Below are positions 40,006 to 49,520 of a stretch of DNA of 64,000 nucleotides, piece by piece; position 1 is the first letter of the stretch, and each line of letters opens with the position of its first letter. Made by a program: the position numbers and the translations under genes. The notes below the pieces were generated by a model that saw nothing but the letters and a program-made list of their open reading frames with translations, was not told the origin of the DNA and made no database searches. Origin of the DNA: an uncultured Candidatus Saccharibacteria bacterium (GTDB lineage: Bacteria; Patescibacteriota; Minisyncoccia; Phycocordibacterales; JAACPR01); contig CAZIEY010000003.1 in the NCBI GenBank assembly GCA_964538855.1, positions 34,435 through 98,434 on the forward strand, in the 5' to 3' direction.

Positions 40006-40542
40006 GTGTTTAATAAAGATGAGATTAACTCTAATAAGACAGGTCGTCTTGGAATTTTTATCGATGAAGCGAATTTGTATTATTCCCAAAAAACTTTGGG
40101 ATGGAAAATAGGGTACGAGGAGTTAAAGAATTATTTATCTGTTGGTACGGCTTCTCAATTACGAATATATATCGCCACTGTGAAAAATGGATTGAGTCAG
40201 ACAAATTTATTAAATAAATTAAAGAATTTAGATTTTACAATTATCTCTAAAAACCTTAAATTAATTAAGGCTTTAAATAGAGACTTGATTTCAAAGGGTA
40301 ATTTAGATATCGAACTCGCACTAGACGCGTATATACTAAAAGATTCTTTCGACACATTTGTTTTATTTTCAGGAGATTCGGATTTTGCGTATCTCGTTGA
40401 TTTACTTAAAAAAGAAGGTAAAAAGATAATTACATTTTCTACGAAGGAACATATTTCTAGAGAATTAATCACTCGTAGTGATTTGTATGTAGATTTGAGA
40501 AAATTGCGGAGCGAATTGGAATATCTTACGTCTGATGTATAA
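40006..40542 (+). CDS. NYN-domain (LabA-like/DUF88, PIN-like) protein, paralog A
   Basis: Acidic core motifs 'GIFIDEANLYY', 'DIELALDAY', 'LFSGDSDFAYLV'. Own -10 (TATAAT at 39984-39989). Confidence 0.65.
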   Translation: MFNKDEINSNKTGRLGIFIDEANLYYSQKTLGWKIGYEELKNYLSVGTASQLRIYIATVKNGLSQTNLLNKLKNLDFTIISKNLKLIKALNRDLISKGNLDIELALDAYILKDSFDTFVLFSGDSDFAYLVDLLKKEGKKIITFSTKEHISRELITRSDLYVDLRKLRSELEYLTSDV

Positions 40543-40552
40543 GCAGCAAATC

Positions 40553-40580
40553 CTGCAAGTTTTGGCTCGCAGGATTCCTG
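40553..40580 (+). terminator. Hairpin (8-bp stem aatcctgc/gcaggatt, 12-nt loop) after the NYN gene; weak T tract
   Basis: Seen directly in the sequence. Followed by TGTATAAT at 40612-40619, which overlaps the livM start. Confidence 0.35.
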
Positions 40581-40617
40581 TTTGTAACGCTCGTATATTA
40601 TAGCAACCTATTGTATA

Positions 40618-41505
40618 ATGTCAAACATGGAATATTTCATACACCTCGGCATATTAATCGCGATTTGGTCCATCTTGGCCTTCAGCTTGAACTTGGTTAT
40701 TGGCTACACTGGCCTGTTGTCGATTACGCACGCGGCATTTTTTGGAATCGGTGCGTACGGAACCGCGATCCTAATGACGGAGCATGACTGGAACTTTTTT
40801 ATGGCGGCACTCATCGGCGTAATTGTCTCGATGATTCTTGCGGGCATTTTCGGCATGATTTTGGGGCGCTTCAAGGGCGATTATTATGCGCTCGCCTCGT
40901 TCGGATTCAACATCATTGTGTTTAGTGTCTTCTTGAACTGGCAAGAACTGACTCGCGGACCTCTCGGCATTCCGGGCATTCATCGTCCAGAAATTGATCT
41001 CGGATTTTTTGATTTTGTGTTCAAGTCAAACATCAGCTTCCTCATTCTCGCCGCATTTACCGCGTGGATTGTGTACGTGATTTCGTGTTATATCGTTGAT
41101 TCTTCGTTCGGGCGCGTGCTCAAGGCGATTCGTGAGGACGAGCAGGCGATTTCGGTGTTCGGTTACAATACCGCCGTGTATAAAATGTTTATTTTCGTCA
41201 TCAGCGCAGGCCTCGCCGCGGTTGCAGGTGCACTCTTTGCGACATACATTACGTTCATCGATCCTTCGACATTCAGTCTCTCCGAATCGATTTTCATTCT
41301 CGCGGTTGTCATTCTCGGAGGTCTCGCCAATCACAAGGGCGTTTTCTGGGGCACAGTCTTTCTCATCCTTTTGCCCGAAATTTTGCGCTTCGTCGGCTTC
41401 CCGACAGACATCGCAGCCCAAATGCGCCAAGTCGTCTACGGTGTACTGCTCGTCGTTTTGATGATGTACAGACCGAATGGGTTGATGGGGGAATATAAGT
41501 TGTAG
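40618..41505 (+). CDS. livM: Branched-chain amino acid ABC transporter permease LivM-like
   Basis: 'LNLVIGYTGLLSITHAAFFGIGAY' is typical of LivM. The start may instead be the second ATG at 40627 (possibly leaderless). Confidence 0.8.
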   Translation: MSNMEYFIHLGILIAIWSILAFSLNLVIGYTGLLSITHAAFFGIGAYGTAILMTEHDWNFFMAALIGVIVSMILAGIFGMILGRFKGDYYALASFGFNIIVFSVFLNWQELTRGPLGIPGIHRPEIDLGFFDFVFKSNISFLILAAFTAWIVYVISCYIVDSSFGRVLKAIREDEQAISVFGYNTAVYKMFIFVISAGLAAVAGALFATYITFIDPSTFSLSESIFILAVVILGGLANHKGVFWGTVFLILLPEILRFVGFPTDIAAQMRQVVYGVLLVVLMMYRPNGLMGEYKL

Positions 41506-41512
41506 AGACAAA

Positions 41513-42289
41513 CTAGGAGTTATTTTTTACAGGTAGAGAAGTGGGTTCAAGCGATTTCCAAATATACATAAACAGTTTGGTCAACATATCTGCCACGATT
41601 TTCGATTCGATAATAATTGAATAAGGTTCATTTTCTTTGAAAGAGAAGAAGTATGTTGTATCACCAATCACATTCATTGAACCACCGAATGCACTATTAT
41701 CAATGATTTCTCGAGTTTCTCGGAACTCGTCAGTTTTATAGTGCTCATTTTTCAGTATGTCTTTTGGTCCAATGAGATACGTAAAAGCTTTTGTTAATTT
41801 ATTTTTTCTTTTTCGCCACTCTGGAAAAAATCTGGGCAAGATATTTATTAAGTCAGATTCGAATACTGAATATACCAATTTGGTCTTATTTTTAATCATG
41901 GTATCGAGATTGTGTTCAAAAGTTTGTTTCAAACCTTCTACACCGACGAATATTTTCGTTTTTGGATTATCTTTATCCAGCTTATACATATTAGAAAGGT
42001 CGCCAAATATTTCGTTTAGTATGATTTCTTTATTTTTTAAAATTTGTTTTAAGCGATCTGGATTTTCAGCAGAGTAGTGAATTACATTATTTTTCTTCCA
42101 ACTCGAGACTAGTCCTTGAGACTCTAATTCCAATAGTAAGTTGTAAACAGTGGTTCTCGGAATCTTTGTGCCAGTTGCGACTTTATATACTGGTATATCT
42201 CTGTTTCTCAATAGAAACGTATATATTTGGGCAGATTTCTCACTAACACCGATTTCCGATAGTTTTTTAGATATGTCTTTCATATTCAT
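41513..42289 (-). CDS. TrmB-family transcriptional regulator, paralog 2
   Basis: 'LSEIGVSEKSAQIYTFLLRNRDIPVYKVATGTKIPRTTVYNLLLELESQGLV'. Confidence 0.6.
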   Translation of the reverse strand: MNMKDISKKLSEIGVSEKSAQIYTFLLRNRDIPVYKVATGTKIPRTTVYNLLLELESQGLVSSWKKNNVIHYSAENPDRLKQILKNKEIILNEIFGDLSNMYKLDKDNPKTKIFVGVEGLKQTFEHNLDTMIKNKTKLVYSVFESDLINILPRFFPEWRKRKNKLTKAFTYLIGPKDILKNEHYKTDEFRETREIIDNSAFGGSMNVIGDTTYFFSFKENEPYSIIIESKIVADMLTKLFMYIWKSLEPTSLPVKNNS

Positions 42290-42292
42290 ATA

Positions 42293-42311
42293 CTGTCATA
42301 TAAATGGACAG
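42293..42311. promoter_or_regulatory. Inverted repeat ctgtc-N9-gacag in the divergent TrmB/SBP intergenic region
   Basis: Seen directly in the sequence. Confidence 0.3.
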
Positions 42312-42437
42312 CAGTAAATGGGTATTTAAATATGGAATATAAGGTTAAATCGACCGCAGATTAATTATAGTGGTATTTTAGTGACATAAAGTCTCGCTCG
42401 GTATATCATTGTGAGTAATTATAAGTAATATAAATTT

Positions 42438-43487
42438 ATGAACAAAAAATACCTTACGGGTCTTGTCGTTGTCATTTTGATTGTAGGCTTTTTTATATTT
42501 TCTAACAGGGATACAGACACAATTAAGATTGGTGTAGTTGCCCCTCTAAAATCTGGCGCAACAATTTACGGCGATAACTTGGTTAAAGGGTTAGAGCTCG
42601 CCAAGAAAGATCTGGGTGATCGTGCGGCGAATTATGAAATCATTGTCGAAGATGATGAGGGTAACATTGCAAAATCTGCTTCCGCCGCACAGAAATTAAT
42701 TAACATCGATAAGGTCGCTGCTATTGTTACGGTAACTTCCGGAACTGGTAGCGCGGTAGATAAAATTGCAAAAGATGCGGGAATTCCTCACATCTGCGAT
42801 TGTGTGGTGACTACCATTGCTGGTGAGACGACATTTTTGTATAGTGCTCTTCCACAAGATGAAGCAAAACGCTGGTTAGAAGAAGCTAAAAACCAGAATC
42901 TTTCAAAAGCTTTTTTGATTATTCAAAATCAACCAGGCGCGAATTTGTTGGGTGAGGAGGTCAAGAATCATGCTCGAGATTACGGTATTACTATTGTAGG
43001 TGAAGAAAGAATTGATCCAGCCAATAAAGATTTTCGAACCGAGGTTTCTAAGATGAAGCTTGTACCGGCTGATATTTATATGACTATTGTATTTCCTCCG
43101 ACACTTGATATTTTGGCTAGAGAGATGACTTTGCAACAGATTACTAATTTCAGCTCGAATGGTCTTTTGGCCATTACAGCCGACCTCTCTTTGTTTGAGG
43201 GTCAGTGGTATACCGATAACTTCCTCTCAGATGTTGCATACCAGGCGCAATTTACTAAAGAATACCCAAACACTCGATTTAACGCGCGAACCGCACCGCA
43301 CGGATACGACATATTCAATTTGATTGTACGTGGAACCGAATCTGGTAATCTTGCTGAATATCTCAAAAATTTGAACGAGTATGACGGTAAAGTCGGCAAG
43401 GCTGTGAAAGGTGAAAACAAAAATATTTTCACTTTGCCAATTGGGATTTGGACAGTGAAAGACGGGAAGACTGTGTTAGTGAAGTAG
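42438..43487 (+). CDS. LivK-like substrate-binding protein, paralog 3
   Basis: 'IKIGVVAPLKSGATIYGDNLVKGLELAKKDL…AQKLINIDKVAAIVT'. Confidence 0.7.
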   Translation: MNKKYLTGLVVVILIVGFFIFSNRDTDTIKIGVVAPLKSGATIYGDNLVKGLELAKKDLGDRAANYEIIVEDDEGNIAKSASAAQKLINIDKVAAIVTVTSGTGSAVDKIAKDAGIPHICDCVVTTIAGETTFLYSALPQDEAKRWLEEAKNQNLSKAFLIIQNQPGANLLGEEVKNHARDYGITIVGEERIDPANKDFRTEVSKMKLVPADIYMTIVFPPTLDILAREMTLQQITNFSSNGLLAITADLSLFEGQWYTDNFLSDVAYQAQFTKEYPNTRFNARTAPHGYDIFNLIVRGTESGNLAEYLKNLNEYDGKVGKAVKGENKNIFTLPIGIWTVKDGKTVLVK

Positions 43488-44294
43488 TTCTCGCATCAGC
43501 TTATTATGATCAATCTTCTTGCTCGAATGTTTAACATATTCAAACATATCGCGCAGGAGATTTGTCATATTATCGTTCGTGATTTCAATTGCGACTTTAT
43601 CCTTCCAATTGATTAGCAAAGTTGTAGTTTTGAAAATCCATATTTCAGCGTGATGATTAAAAACTGTGTCTGGAAATACCGCATAGTCTGCCATACGCCC
43701 ACCGAGACTCTCGATGTGGGCTTTGAATTTCGTCGGGTCGCTTTTTATTTCATTGGCATATGATATGTAAGCACTTTCGTTGAGCATTCCGTCAATGATA
43801 ATTTTATTTTTAATAATCGCTTGATTAAACGCAATTATTTGTTTAGGAGTTGCAGTTTCTGCCTGGTCATTAAATGATGTGTGATGTTGTATTGCTTTAA
43901 CACGATCGTTGGTAAGCTCGAGGGCAATTCTTTTAAACGCAGGAACAATTTCCTCTGGTCCAACATGAATAATGAACTCATCTTTAGGGGAGAGTTTGAT
44001 TTTCGCACCTTTCTTATTGAGAGAATTCATCTGTATCTTGTCGATAGTGAGTGATAATTTGTGCATAAGTCTCTCTGCAGTAATCGCTATGTAAAATCTC
44101 CGCTTACCGTGTAGCTGGTAGTCAATTAATTCGTCCTTCAATAATCGTTTAATCGCATAATTAATACCGGTTCGCGATAGGGACGTAAGTGATGCAATTT
44201 CTTGCACACTATGATCGGTTTGAAGTGTATTTAAGATAGTTATCTCGGTGTCACTCAAATTCAGGATACTAAGCGTGTTTTTTGACCATATCAT
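43476..44294 (-). CDS. TrmB-family transcriptional regulator, paralog 3 (more divergent)
   Basis: wHTH 'LNTLQTDHSVQEIASLTSLSRTGINYAIKRLLKDELI'. Overlaps the 3' end of SBP3 by 12 nt (convergent). Confidence 0.55.
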   Translation of the reverse strand: MIWSKNTLSILNLSDTEITILNTLQTDHSVQEIASLTSLSRTGINYAIKRLLKDELIDYQLHGKRRFYIAITAERLMHKLSLTIDKIQMNSLNKKGAKIKLSPKDEFIIHVGPEEIVPAFKRIALELTNDRVKAIQHHTSFNDQAETATPKQIIAFNQAIIKNKIIIDGMLNESAYISYANEIKSDPTKFKAHIESLGGRMADYAVFPDTVFNHHAEIWIFKTTTLLINWKDKVAIEITNDNMTNLLRDMFEYVKHSSKKIDHNKLMRELLH

Positions 44295-44312
44295 TGAAAT
44301 AAGTATATAAAA

Positions 44313-44329
44313 TGACTAAAAATTAGTCA
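44313..44329. promoter_or_regulatory. Palindrome tgacta-N5-tagtca in the TrmB/cupin divergent region
   Basis: Seen directly in the sequence. Confidence 0.3.
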
Positions 44330-44478
44330 ATATAATATATTAAAAAACCTTTACCTAGCAACATTAGAATATAATTACAGCATAAAAATATACTTTGACA
44401 AGACATTATTAAGGTTGTCTGGTATTCTTTTTGTAGGTCGTAATATATTGTGAAAATCAAGTGAATGGCCTGTAAATT

Positions 44479-44958
44479 ATGACAATACATACTAAAGAAA
44501 AAGCTACAGTTGTAAGAGGGATTGAAGCTCTACAAAAGTTCGTTCCTTTTTTAGCAGAGCGTGCAAAAGCTATAGAGACTCCGTGTGAAGGATTCGCCAC
44601 AATTCAACTTGGTCCATTCAGCGGTGATCAAGATGGTATAACTGGCGCATCAATTGTTGAACTTGAAGTTGGTGGTGAACATCCACAACACAAACATGAT
44701 GAATCTGAAAATACATTCTACTTCATTCATGGCAAAGGTTTCGTAATCCTTGGTGATGATCAGGAAAAGATACCTTACGCAGCAGGTTCAGTAATTAAAG
44801 CTCCTCGCGGAGTACTGCATGGTTTTCAGGCACTCGAAGATGGGATTATGCTCGCACTACATAAAGGTGGTCCGATTATAAGACCTGATGGTACAATGGA
44901 TATACACTACACAGATCCGCGCTGCTTTACAGAGCACGGCACAGTAGGTGGAGATTAA
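44479..44958 (+). CDS. Cupin-domain protein, paralog A
   Basis: 'GEHPQHKHDESENTFYFIHGKGFVILGDDQEKIPYAAGSVIKAPRGVLHGF' carries cupin motifs 1 and 2. Confidence 0.6.
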   Translation: MTIHTKEKATVVRGIEALQKFVPFLAERAKAIETPCEGFATIQLGPFSGDQDGITGASIVELEVGGEHPQHKHDESENTFYFIHGKGFVILGDDQEKIPYAAGSVIKAPRGVLHGFQALEDGIMLALHKGGPIIRPDGTMDIHYTDPRCFTEHGTVGGD

Positions 44959-44981
44959 AAATACACATAACTTATATAAAA

Positions 44982-46073
44982 TTGATGACTAAAAATATTA
45001 AAATAATTATTCTTGTGATTGTGTGTGCGATTGTCGCTGCGGTAATATTGCAACGCGATGACAAAGCACATTCGATTACACTCGGTCTCATGTTGCCACT
45101 TACTGGTGACTATGCAGCCGCTGGTCAAAATATGCAAAAAGGTATGGAAGTCGCTTTGGATCAATACCGAAAGGAAAATCCAGATGCTTCTATTAAAGTA
45201 GTTATCGAAGATGATGCGTATGATGCAAAAAAAGGTGTCAGCGCTTATAAAAAATTGGTTGACTTGGATAAGGTTGATGCAATTTTGATGCTCTCAACGC
45301 CGGTTATCGACGCAATACATGAAGACGTGGTTGCGCGAGGTATCCCAGTAATACAGCTCGGTGTGCAGACGGTTGGAGTTGCAGATGACAACATCATTCA
45401 ATTCAGTCCTGCTGCAGAAGCACCGATCGGATTTCTTGCGACATATTTGAGCGATAGTCCTGAATATACTGGCAAAAAAGTTGCGGTGATATATGACAAT
45501 TTGTCCGCGCAAATTAGTTTCTTTGAAGCCTTCAAACAAAACTTCAAACAAGAATTTACTCCATTTATAGTGAATGGTAAGGATGACTTGAGAAATTATG
45601 CAACAAAAATCGCAAATGAAAATTACGATGTTGTCGTAGTAATCGAATCTCCAGCAAACGGCGCACTTTTCGCGAAGGAGTTACTCACGTTAGACTCAAC
45701 AATGCCAGTGCTTGCATTCGATGCTCAGTTGCAAACAGGTTTTGCTGACTTCACCAGAATTTTGGGCGATACGAATAAAATCAACGGTGCAAAATCAATG
45801 TGGTTCAAGTCAGGAAAAATGGATGTGCTTACTGATCTCTACCAGAAAAAGTACGGAGAAGCTCCTGGTTTCGTCGTTGACTTTTCTTACGACATGATTA
45901 ACGTGGCACTCGCGACGTATGACGCGAACGACGCTGATTGGATCAAGAACTTGAAAAAGTTTAGCGATGCAAACGGTGCGTCAGGTTCAATATCCTTCGA
46001 TAAGAACGGTGTGCGAATTCAGCCGATGGTGATTACAGAAGTGCGAAATGGGGTATTGGTGCCGACTGAATAA
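44982..46073 (+). CDS. LivK-like substrate-binding protein, paralog 4
   Basis: 'ITLGLMLPLTGDYAAAGQNMQKGMEVALDQY…YKKLVDLDKVDAILM'. Confidence 0.7.
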   Translation: MMTKNIKIIILVIVCAIVAAVILQRDDKAHSITLGLMLPLTGDYAAAGQNMQKGMEVALDQYRKENPDASIKVVIEDDAYDAKKGVSAYKKLVDLDKVDAILMLSTPVIDAIHEDVVARGIPVIQLGVQTVGVADDNIIQFSPAAEAPIGFLATYLSDSPEYTGKKVAVIYDNLSAQISFFEAFKQNFKQEFTPFIVNGKDDLRNYATKIANENYDVVVVIESPANGALFAKELLTLDSTMPVLAFDAQLQTGFADFTRILGDTNKINGAKSMWFKSGKMDVLTDLYQKKYGEAPGFVVDFSYDMINVALATYDANDADWIKNLKKFSDANGASGSISFDKNGVRIQPMVITEVRNGVLVPTE

Positions 46074-46081
46074 AGATCTAG

Positions 46082-46140
46082 AAGAGGTTATAACAAAAAG
46101 AAGGTTCATAATTTGAATCTTCTTTTTGTTATAACCTCTT
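46082..46140. repeat. 22-bp perfect inverted repeat (15-nt loop) between convergent genes; bidirectional terminator-like
   Basis: aagaggttataacaaaaagaag / cttctttttgttataacctctt. Confidence 0.65.
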
Positions 46141-46692
46141 TGTATACCAAGCTCTACCTGTATCTGCGGGCCACATATTATCTTTTTTAAATCCTATAGA
46201 TTCGTGCATGCCGATTGATCGCACATTATTGTCACGTATACTAGCAATCATTCCAACACATCCAGTCTCTTGGAAAAACTCATCCGCTCTTGCGTTCAGA
46301 TACTTAGCTATTGTGGTGTTTATTTGGTCAAGTTTCTTGCCACGATACGTAGGTTCGACAAAAATCCAAACTATGTTACCGAATTTCTCTCCATTTGTAG
46401 AATTTGTTATCTCGCGTGCTTCGAGTGTCCCAATCAGTTGACCAGAATTATCTTTGAACGTTAAGACTTTGACTGACCCGTCTTCTATCTTTTTTTGAAA
46501 AATATCTGGAGATCTGTTGAGCGAAGCACTGCGTGCGTCTTCTTCCGAATACACATCGCGTGATTCTCGTATCATTCTAGAAAAGAAAACAAAATACTCC
46601 TGTAGGTCAGAAGGTGTTGCGGTCAGTACACCTTCTGACTGGTAGTCATTGCTCGGAATTATGTTTTGGTTCTGTTCTGGTCCTTGTTTCAT
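46129..46692 (-). CDS. GNAT-family N-acetyltransferase
   Basis: 'IVWIFVEPTYRGKKL…GMIASIRDNNVRSIGMHESIGF'. Start chosen at MKQGPEQ to avoid overlap with the upstream regulator. Confidence 0.55.
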   Translation of the reverse strand: MKQGPEQNQNIIPSNDYQSEGVLTATPSDLQEYFVFFSRMIRESRDVYSEEDARSASLNRSPDIFQKKIEDGSVKVLTFKDNSGQLIGTLEAREITNSTNGEKFGNIVWIFVEPTYRGKKLDQINTTIAKYLNARADEFFQETGCVGMIASIRDNNVRSIGMHESIGFKKDNMWPADTGRAWYTKRL

Positions 46693-46714
46693 ATAAATAA
46701 TAATAACATTAAAT

Positions 46715-47512
46715 CTACTTCGCATCCTTCCATAAATATTCAAAATTCTTACGAAACGCATCTACGATAATTGGGTGACGAATGCTGATTGCAATGGGAA
46801 TGTCGGCGACGATGGTGATGAGGACTTCGCGCGGAGTTGTATCAATTGCAAACGGTCCAAAATATTTCGAGGGCATTGATCGCATATCATAAATCGGAAT
46901 GCTTCGCCGGTCTTTTTTGAAAGTAGGGAAGAGGCTTTTTTCGACGAGTAGTCGCGCCTTTACCTTTTTATCAGCGAGACCTTTGTCCAGTTCAGAGAAG
47001 AATCGTCGCAAAGGGAGGTCATTAATAAAATATTTCGTATTGTATCCAACAATTGTCACATCTTCGCCGGGGCTCACATCGCGTACAAAGTGTTGAAATG
47101 CTTTTTTGAATCCATACGAACCTTCGAACACGTTGACGATGTTGCGAGCTCCTTCGATTTTCTTGGCATCTTCGACAAGCTCTGTAATTTCTTGCAATCG
47201 TTTTTGATGCTCGCCAAGCTCCTTGATTAATTGTACTGGCTCTTCGGCGCTGTAATATTTGATGTTGTTTTTGACTTCATATGAGACCAGTCCGCGGGTG
47301 AGGAGGTTCCGCAGAGATTGATAGACTGCGGAACTGCCGATTTTTGTCAGAGAAATAATCGGGCCAGTTTTTGAACGTGGGTGATGTACGAGAAATAAAT
47401 ACACTGCAATATCATTTGGAAACAAACCAATTTGTCCGAGTGTTGACTTGATATTACTCTCCAATAATGCAGAGTTTGCTATATTTTCCATACTGCATAT
47501 AATACCTGCCAT
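46715..47512 (-). CDS. TrmB-family transcriptional regulator, paralog 4
   Basis: 'LGQIGLFPNDIAVYLFLVHHPRSKTGPIISLTKIGSSAVYQSLRNLLTRGLV'. An alternative start lies at 47491. Confidence 0.55.
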   Translation of the reverse strand: MAGIICSMENIANSALLESNIKSTLGQIGLFPNDIAVYLFLVHHPRSKTGPIISLTKIGSSAVYQSLRNLLTRGLVSYEVKNNIKYYSAEEPVQLIKELGEHQKRLQEITELVEDAKKIEGARNIVNVFEGSYGFKKAFQHFVRDVSPGEDVTIVGYNTKYFINDLPLRRFFSELDKGLADKKVKARLLVEKSLFPTFKKDRRSIPIYDMRSMPSKYFGPFAIDTTPREVLITIVADIPIAISIRHPIIVDAFRKNFEYLWKDAK

Positions 47513-47520
47513 ACTAAATT

Positions 47521-48672
47521 ATGTCAAATAACAATATGAAAAAATATACATGGGGAATCATAGCGGTGCTTGTGTTGGGTGCGATATTCGTGATGAATAA
47601 TCGTCCGGCAAAAGACGTGTCTGGTGAGCCAATTAAAATCGGCAGTATTTCTGCTTTAACTGGAGCAGGCTCTGCAATTGGTGAAGCAGAACGTCGCGGT
47701 GCGCAACTTGCCATCGACGAAATCAATGAGAATGGCGGAGTCTTGGGTCGACCTTTGCAATTAATTTCTGAGGACGTTTCAATTGATAAAATTAAAAATG
47801 CCGTGACGGTAACTCAAAAACTTATCAATATAGACAAAGTTATTGCGATTGTTGGTCCGCAATGGGATGAGCCGGCAGAACCGATTTTGCCTTTAATTGA
47901 AGCCGCAAAGATTCCTATGGTTGGTCCAGACACGTCTGATCAACTTGAAAAAGATACGAATTACGATTACTTTTTCTCGACATGGTATGACAATCGAGTC
48001 GGTATTCGTGAATTATTGCGATACGCTCAAAGAGAAAATATAAAAGAGTTTACAATTATTCGGTTGCTAGATGCGAGCTTTTGGAAGTTTACAGCTGACA
48101 TATTTACGAACGAAGCTCCGAATTATGGCGTGAAAATTGTCGATGATATTAATCTTGGAAATCCTTTGGTTCAAGACTTCAGAACAGTTATTACAAAAAT
48201 TAAAAGTCAAAAATCAGAGGCTGTGTTTGTGGTAACAAGCGATTACAATCAATGTACACTGTTAAAGCAAATGGACGACCTCGCGCTCAACGTACTTTCT
48301 TTTGGAACCGAATCGTCTGGCGACAGTGTGTCGCTTACTAATTGTCCGCAATCTCTAGAACGACGTGTATTCAGTACTCCAGTTAAAACAAAAAGCCAAA
48401 TTGAATTCGAGGAGAAGTTCGAGGCAAAATATGGTTCCAAGCCAGAATATCCTTCGATTGTAACTGCGTATGATGCGGTACGTGTGATTGCTGATGCCTT
48501 GCGTCGATCAAAATTGGAGGGAGGTGAAGCATTACAAAAAGCAATTGCTGAAACCAATATGCCAGGTGCAGCGGTGCCGGTGATTAAATTCAACGAGAAG
48601 GGTTTTCTTCAAACTCCAGAAGATGCGTTTGAAATGAAGACGGTGCGAGAAGGTGAGTTCGTACAGATTTAG
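47521..48672 (+). CDS. LivK-like substrate-binding protein, paralog 5
   Basis: 'IKIGSISALTGAGSAIGEAERRGAQLAIDEINENGGVLGRP…TQKLINIDKVIAIVG'. An alternative start lies at 47536. Confidence 0.7.
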   Translation: MSNNNMKKYTWGIIAVLVLGAIFVMNNRPAKDVSGEPIKIGSISALTGAGSAIGEAERRGAQLAIDEINENGGVLGRPLQLISEDVSIDKIKNAVTVTQKLINIDKVIAIVGPQWDEPAEPILPLIEAAKIPMVGPDTSDQLEKDTNYDYFFSTWYDNRVGIRELLRYAQRENIKEFTIIRLLDASFWKFTADIFTNEAPNYGVKIVDDINLGNPLVQDFRTVITKIKSQKSEAVFVVTSDYNQCTLLKQMDDLALNVLSFGTESSGDSVSLTNCPQSLERRVFSTPVKTKSQIEFEEKFEAKYGSKPEYPSIVTAYDAVRVIADALRRSKLEGGEALQKAIAETNMPGAAVPVIKFNEKGFLQTPEDAFEMKTVREGEFVQI

Positions 48673-48673
48673 A

Positions 48674-49480
48674 TTATTTCTGCGCCGCACCTTTCCACGA
48701 TAACTCAAAAATCATGCGCATCATGTCATGGATAGCCTTATCTTGGATAATAGTACCTGTCATTGAATCTGGATTGAGGTTTACAATTGAAATTTTGTCT
48801 TCACCGTACACAGTGATTTCTCCGTGGACCAAAAATTGATCCTTGGATACAAAACGTAATTCGGGCCAGTATTTTTCTGAGACACCAATTTGTTTGTATT
48901 TCTCTAATATAAATGCCGAGCCGTGATCTGAAGCCGGCACAATGCCTCTTGTGTGTATACGCTTTTTCTCTTTTGCTTTACGATATGTCACAGATAATTC
49001 GTGCTGCATAAAATTCTCGAGGTATTCCGTGTTAGACCACGCCAACATTTCGTATGGCTTTTCAACATTAATATGATCCTCGAATACTTTGAGGATGCCA
49101 TCGAAACCTTCGAAATAGGTAACTTTCTGTTTGTGCGCACTGAATGCGTAAATACTTTCGAGTGTTGGTATGGTGCTCTCGGCTTTCTCTAATTGATCTT
49201 GAGAAATTTTCACACGATCTTTGAGATAGCGGGTGATGCGTTGTGGATGTTCGACATGGTAAAAAATTTTATTTTTCTTTTCTATTTCATTAACCAAACC
49301 TTTGACGGATAAATCCAAGAGGATTTTATATACTGTGCTGCGATTGATTTTTGTCACCTCAGCAATTTTGGAAGGGTAGGCACCACCGAGATGGAGCAGT
49401 GCTGAATATATAGAAGCTTCTTTATCGGTTAGACCAAGTTTATTGAGTTTACTCTGTATGCTTGATTGCGATGTTTCCAT
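48674..49480 (-). CDS. TrmB-family transcriptional regulator, paralog 5
   Basis: 'LNKLGLTDKEASIYSALLHLGGAYPSKIAEVTKINRSTVYKILLDLSVKGLV'. Confidence 0.6.
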   Translation of the reverse strand: METSQSSIQSKLNKLGLTDKEASIYSALLHLGGAYPSKIAEVTKINRSTVYKILLDLSVKGLVNEIEKKNKIFYHVEHPQRITRYLKDRVKISQDQLEKAESTIPTLESIYAFSAHKQKVTYFEGFDGILKVFEDHINVEKPYEMLAWSNTEYLENFMQHELSVTYRKAKEKKRIHTRGIVPASDHGSAFILEKYKQIGVSEKYWPELRFVSKDQFLVHGEITVYGEDKISIVNLNPDSMTGTIIQDKAIHDMMRMIFELSWKGAAQK

Positions 49481-49494
49481 GTCTCCATTATCTC

Positions 49495-49520
49495 AAGAAT
49501 TGGTAAAACTGTCAATTCTT
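49495..49520. promoter_or_regulatory. Inverted repeat aagaattg-N10-caattctt in the TrmB/SBP divergent region
   Basis: Seen directly in the sequence. Confidence 0.3.

Noticed and set aside
44982-44996. Apparent repeat 'atgactaaaaat' shared by the 44312 palindrome and the SBP4 start
   Set aside because: The second copy is simply the coding sequence for M-T-K-N. The 12-nt identity is too short to be meaningful in AT-rich DNA.
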